DNA of 64,000 nt. Origin: Eledone cirrhosa (Eukaryota). A model generated the notes under the pieces. That model did no database searches, had not been told where the DNA came from, and saw only the letters and a list, made by a program, of their open reading frames with translations. The position numbers and the translations under genes are program-made. Below are positions 58,380 to 64,000 of the stretch, piece by piece; position 1 is the stretch's first letter, and each line of letters opens with the position of its first letter. The stretch lies in NCBI GenBank assembly GCA_964016885.1, contig OZ024760.1, forward strand, positions 9,920,001 to 9,984,000. Reading direction: 5' to 3'.

Positions 58380-59642
58380 CTCCTCTCTTTCGCCCGTAAC
58401 TTTTATTTTTCATTATATATATATATATATATATATATAAAGAAAAGAAATCGAAAATGATGCAGCTGGGTTCTTTTTAAGAAATAAATAAATATTCTTA
58501 AGACTCCAGTTGTATGTGTGTGTGGTTGTGAGTGTGCGTGTGTGTGTGTGTGCGTGTGCGTGTGCGTTTATGTGTGTGTGTGTGCGTGCGCGCATGTGTG
58601 AGTGTGTGTGCGTATGCGTGTGTGCATGTGTGTGTATACAAAACAAATTCAGATGATGGGATACAATTATTAAAACATTTCTTACCTTACAATTGTTTCA
58701 ATACAACAATCAAATCAGACTAATACCCGGACAATTTAATAAAATACAATAAAAAGGAAGATATGGAAAAATGTAGATTGAACATAGTTAAGTAGCAGTG
58801 ACTGCATCATATCTTCAGAGGTATTAATTATAATCAATGACCTGATAAAATCGAACGGGAAAGGAAAGATGTTCATCGATTGAACGTTATTGATTATTTG
58901 AAATACCGCAAACGATATAAGCACACGAGAAATTAATCTTGATAGATGAATGAAGTTAAAATATTAAAATTACAATGGGACAAAAACAAAGATAAATTAA
59001 AAGTTAAAAACATTTATACAAGTTCATAAATATCATTAATAAAATAATTAGAGTATTAGAAGAATGTATGTATGTATGACCCCTTAGCCTTTGTCAAGGC
59101 AGAATTCTAGGAGAAGGATAACTCTGATATAACACCTGCAATCCTGATGGTATCCAATGTTGTTGACTTGTTCTTCTTTTTGGTAAATATCATCTTGGTT
59201 AAGAGAGTGGGACTGGCTTTGTGCAGTGCCTTTGCTCACTATAAAAGCTTCACGGCACAGGCATTGCTTTATATCTGGAGATCTCTCTGCACTTGTCGTC
59301 ACATGGTACCATGGGCCCAGCACTATGTGTCAATAATTGTCACAAGTGTAGTGTTTGTACCAGAGTTTACAAGTCGCTGGCTGGACTAAAAAGTCACACT
59401 CGTTCAGCGCATCGGTAGGGGTTCTCCTACATGGATATAAAGTAGTGGCCGTACTCGAAAACGAGTTGGCAGCCACCATGTATGTATATATGATGGGGTC
59501 GTAGGGACGCCGTATTGACACACGGCGTTTCTTGGACATTTTAAGCCTAGCGGAGCCCACCCCTCTCCAGGTCGGAATACAGCGGATCTCTTCCAGAGAA
59601 AGATAGTGAGAGACAGGAAATGAGAAAGAGATATAGAGGAAG

Positions 59643-61962
59643 AATCGACCCAGTACTACACTGGTACTTTTTTATCGACCTCGAAAGGATGAAAGACAAA
59701 GTTGACCTCGGCAGGATTTGAACTCAGAGAGCAGTGAACCGGAACGAATACCACAAAGCATTCTATCTGACGTTCTAACGACTGCCATTCTATCTGACGT
59801 TCTAACGACTGCCATTCTATCTGACGTTCTAACGACTGCCATTCTATCCGACGTTCTAACGACTGCCATTCTATCTGACGTTCTAACGACTGCCATTCTA
59901 TCCGACGTTCTAACGACTGCCATTCTATGTGACGTTCTAACGACTGCCATTCTATCTGACGTTCTAACGACTGCCATTCTATGTGACGTTCTAACGACTG
60001 CCATTCTATCCGACGTTCTAACGACTGCCATTCTATCTGACGTTCTAACGACTGCCATTCTATGTGACGTTCTAACGACTGCCATTCTATCTGACGTTCT
60101 AACGACTGCCATTCTATCCGACGTTCTAACGACTGCCATTCTATCTGACGTTCTAACGACTTGCCATTCTATCCGACGTTCTAACGACTGCCATTCTATC
60201 TGACGTTCTAACGACTGCCATTCTATCCGACGTTCTAACGACTGCCATTCTATCTGACGTTCTAACGACTGCCATTCTATCTGACGTTCTAACGACTGCT
60301 ACTCTATCTGACGTGCTAACGACTGCCATTCTATCTGACGTTCTAAACGACTGCCATTCTATCTGACGTTCTAACGACCTGCCATTCTATCTGACGTTCT
60401 AACGACTGCCATTCTATCTGACGTTCTAACGACTGCCATTCTATCTGACGTTCTAACGACTGCCATTCTATGTGACGTTCTAACGACTGCCATTCTATGT
60501 GACGTTCTAACGACTGCCATTCTATGTGACGTTCTAACGACTGCCATTCTATCTGACGTTCTAACGACTGCTATTCTATCTGACGTTCTAACGACTGCCA
60601 TTCTATCTGACGTTCTAACGACTGCCATTCTATCTGACGTTCTAACGACTGCCATTCTATCTGACGTTCTAACGACTGCCATTCTATCTGACGTTCTAAC
60701 GACTGCCATTCTATCTGACGTTCTAACGACTGCCATTCTATCTGACGTTCTAACGACTGACATTCTATCCGACGTTCTAACGACTGCCATTCTATCTGAC
60801 GTTCTAACGACTACCATTCTATGTGACGTTCTAACGACTGCCATTCTATCTGACGTTCTAACGACTGCATTCTATCTGACGTTCTAACGACTGCCATTCT
60901 ATCTGACGTGCTAACGACTGCCATTCTATCTGACGTTCTAACGACTGCCATTCTATGTGACGTTCTAACGACTAGCCATTCTATCTGACGTTCTAACGAC
61001 TGCCATTCTATCTGACGTTCTAACGACTGCCATTCTATCCGACGTTCTAACGACTGCCATTCTATCTGACGTTCTAACGACTGCCATTCCTATCTGACGT
61101 TTCTAACGACTGCCATTCTATCTGACGTTCTAACGACTGCCATTCTATCTGACGTTCTAACGACTGCTATTCTATCTGACGTTCTAACGACTGCCATTCT
61201 ATCTGACGTGCTAACGACTGTCATTCTATCTGACGTTCTAACGACTGCCATTCTATCTGACGTTCTAACGACTGCCATTCTATCTGACGTTCTAACGACT
61301 GCCATTCTATCTGACGTTCTAACGACTGCCATTCTATCTGACGTTCTAACGACTGCTATTCTATCTGACGTTTCTAACGACTGCCATTCTATCTGACGTT
61401 CTAACGACTGCCATTCTATCTGACGTTCTAACGACTGACATTCTATCCGACGTTCTAACGACTGCCATTCTATCTGACGTTCTAACGACTACCATTCTAT
61501 GTGACGTTCTAACGACTGCCATTCTATCTGACGTTCTAACGACTGCCATTCTATCTGACGTTCTAACGACTGCCATTCTATGTGACGTTCTAACGACTGC
61601 CATTCTATCTGACGTTCTAACGACTGCCATTCTATCTGACGTTCTAACGACTGCCATTCTATCTGACGTTCTAACGACTGCCATTCTATCTGACGTTCTA
61701 ACGACTGCCATTCTATCTGACGTTCTAACGACTGCCATTCTATCTGACGTTCTAACGACTGCCATTCTATCTGACGTGCTAACGACTGCTATTCTATCTG
61801 ACGTTCTAACGACTGCCATTCTATCTGACGTTCTAACGACTGCCATTCTATCTGACGTTCTAACGACTGCCATTCTATCCGACGTTCTAACGACTGCCAT
61901 TCTATCTGACGTTCTAACGACTGCCATTCTATCTGACGTTCTAACGACTCTGCCAGTTCACC
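59643..61962 (-). mobile_element. SINE family 1-related copy with internally expanded head
   Basis: Body and B-box 59643-59758; 5' end GGTGAACTGGCAGAGTCGTTAG retained at ~61941-61962. Confidence 0.85.
59759..61949. repeat. 27-bp minisatellite (~81 copies) ATTCTATCTGACGTTCTAACGACTGCC
   Basis: Visible. Confidence 0.95.
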
Positions 61963-62566
61963 AGAAGAATGTAGTGAACATAAAAAGTAAAAAACAAAAA
62001 AAACAAAGGTTTATCGTAATATGAAGGGAGATAACTACTACGGAATGATGTAGCAGTTAGGTTTAAGCGAATTACTCTTTAATGAGTTTCAAACAAGAAA
62101 CAAGTGTTATATATATATATATTAAAGTAATTACCAAATACAGTTTTACATTAAATATTGATTTACGATCGTTTCGTCCCTTATTGTGACTTATCAAAAT
62201 CAATCATTCTTAAGTAAATACCTCATCATATTGTCTCAGCAAGCAGATCAACAATTCACGGACCATTTGTTTACATTTAAAAAGACGCCTATTATAAGTG
62301 TCTACATATGTTGGCTACAATATAAATTGTTCAAGCATATGCAGTACTTAATTATTTGTCACACGTCTTCAGAAAGCTTTTAATCTATATATATATATAT
62401 ACTGTATATATATATATATACTGTATATATATATTAATATAGAAGAGCTTCGACAGGACTAGAACTGTTTCATTCGTGAGAAATAATTCTATATTAAAAC
62501 ATTTATACTCTGCTGTGTATTGAGTACCTTACTTACTGTGGTTAGCTCCGATTCAACCCGGAACAA

Positions 62567-62614
<48 letters not shown>

Positions 62615-62819
62615 AAAAAGTATGACCCCGACGGCAGAGCTCTAGCCGTTTCGACGGCTATTTCTGGACTAAATTAGAATTTTTTGTCCAGAAATAGCCG
62701 GCGAAACGGCTTGAGCTCTGCCGTCGGGGTCATACTTTTTCCTATTTCCCACTCTACTACCCTAAGTATTGAGTACTCTGGTGCGTTATGGTCCATCTGG
62801 TTCCTTACCACAATTCCTT

Positions 62820-62852
<33 letters not shown>

Positions 62853-62881
62853 ATGTATAAAAAACAATACAATATAATTAC

Positions 62882-62949
62882 CTCATTACCAGCGGTTTCC
62901 CGAATAAGGCGAATACGAAAGAAACGTCTTCATTCGTTCGTCGGACGAG
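62882..62949 (-). ncRNA. Type I hammerhead-like motif with CCGACGA core
   Basis: CTCGT-CCGACGA-aCGAAT..ATTCGg-GAAA-CC.GCT.GG-TA^ATGAG. Confidence 0.55.
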
Positions 62950-62984
62950 TCAATATAAAACATAGGCTTCAAGCAAACTACAAC

Positions 62985-63058
<74 letters not shown>

Positions 63059-63195
63059 GTTGTAGTTTGCTTGAAGCCTTGTATATGATATATAATGTGA
63101 AAAGAGAAAGAAGGCTAAACGATGCAAGGGGCGCTGTAAGATGAGGTAACCAATAAGATCTCACGACAAATACAGACTAGCTAAGTATTCAAACT

Positions 63196-63272
63196 TGCCT
63201 GATGATTACTAAACTAGCAGACATAGAGTATCTATGTCCTATGCTGGTTGATGTTTGAAACCGTAGGTAGCA
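63196..63272 (+). ncRNA. Type I hammerhead motif with long helix II
   Basis: TGC-CTGATGA..AACTAGCA-GACATAGA/TCTATGTC-TGCTGGTT..GAAA-CC.GTA.GG-TA^GCA; helix I only 3 bp. Confidence 0.6.
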
Positions 63273-63332
63273 TACATTTGTGTAGAGCTCTTATTGATAT
63301 AATATACATGTATATATATGTGTGTAAGTGAA

Positions 63333-63547
63333 GGCGTGTGGCTGAGTGGTTAGAGAATCGGATTCGCAATCGTAAGGTTGTGAGTTCGATTCCTGGACCA
63401 GGCGATGCGTTATGTCCTTGAGCAAGACACTTTATTTCACGTTGCTCCTTCTACCTGGAGTTGCGACCGATAGATAGTATTAGCAATTGGAAAGACCAAC
63501 GGAAACATTGTTCCCTCGGTCCGATTTGACGAAAGTCGATCGTTCCT
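63333..63547 (+). mobile_element. tRNA-derived SINE family 2, full length
   Basis: A/B boxes; TGTCCTTGAGCAAGACACT central motif. Confidence 0.9.
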
Positions 63548-63788
63548 AAAAAAAATATATATATGTGTGTGTGTATCTGTTGTTTACTTTGATTGAGGTT
63601 TTCTTGGGCCGTTCACTGAACTGGACAATAAGGTGCCACTGTTTCAAATAATGGGTCTGGCTGTGATTTCTTCTACCATACCCTCCTCCTCACCCTCCGG
63701 AACACCATAGTTACCAAACTAGACTTTTAACAAATTAGCCATGTCTGCATCCATTTTTATTTAATATATTATTTATATATATATATAT

Positions 63789-63827
<39 letters not shown>

Positions 63828-63856
63828 GTAGTAAAAGTTTGGTAGAAATATCAAAG

Positions 63857-63928
<72 letters not shown>

Positions 63929-64000
63929 ATCTATATATATGAATGAATGTATGTATACATATATATATATACACACATATATGTGTGTGTCGTTTTGTGT

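Noticed and set aside
59672-62024. MAVVRTSDR repeat ORFs
   Set aside because: Translation of a 27-bp satellite broken by single-base indels.
63333-63405. tRNA gene
   Set aside because: No clean acceptor stem, and it continues into a shared SINE body present twice.

Overview
AT-rich, extremely repeat-rich eukaryotic DNA. The SINEs and microsatellite load look cephalopod/octopus-like, but that is an inference. Almost all long ORFs in the track are translations of micro- or minisatellites. Real content: (i) many copies of two tRNA-derived SINE families, two of which seeded large tandem arrays from their A-box head; (ii) decayed RTE, RLE (R4/Dong-like) and L1/Tx1-like LINE pieces, plus mariner/Tc1 and MITE fragments; (iii) at least 8 families of short, often palindromic elements inserted in (TA)n. 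These carry hammerhead-ribozyme (HHR) motifs, and one family is linked to a GIY-YIG C-terminus, so they read as Penelope-like pLTR remnants. Standout: four copies of a covarying RNA structure with a hammerhead core in a non-circularly permuted strand order plus a kink-turn. (iv) Three tiny minus-strand candidate exons splice in frame to a peptide ending in a CaaX box (CIIS*). All RNA structures were folded by eye and no database search was run.
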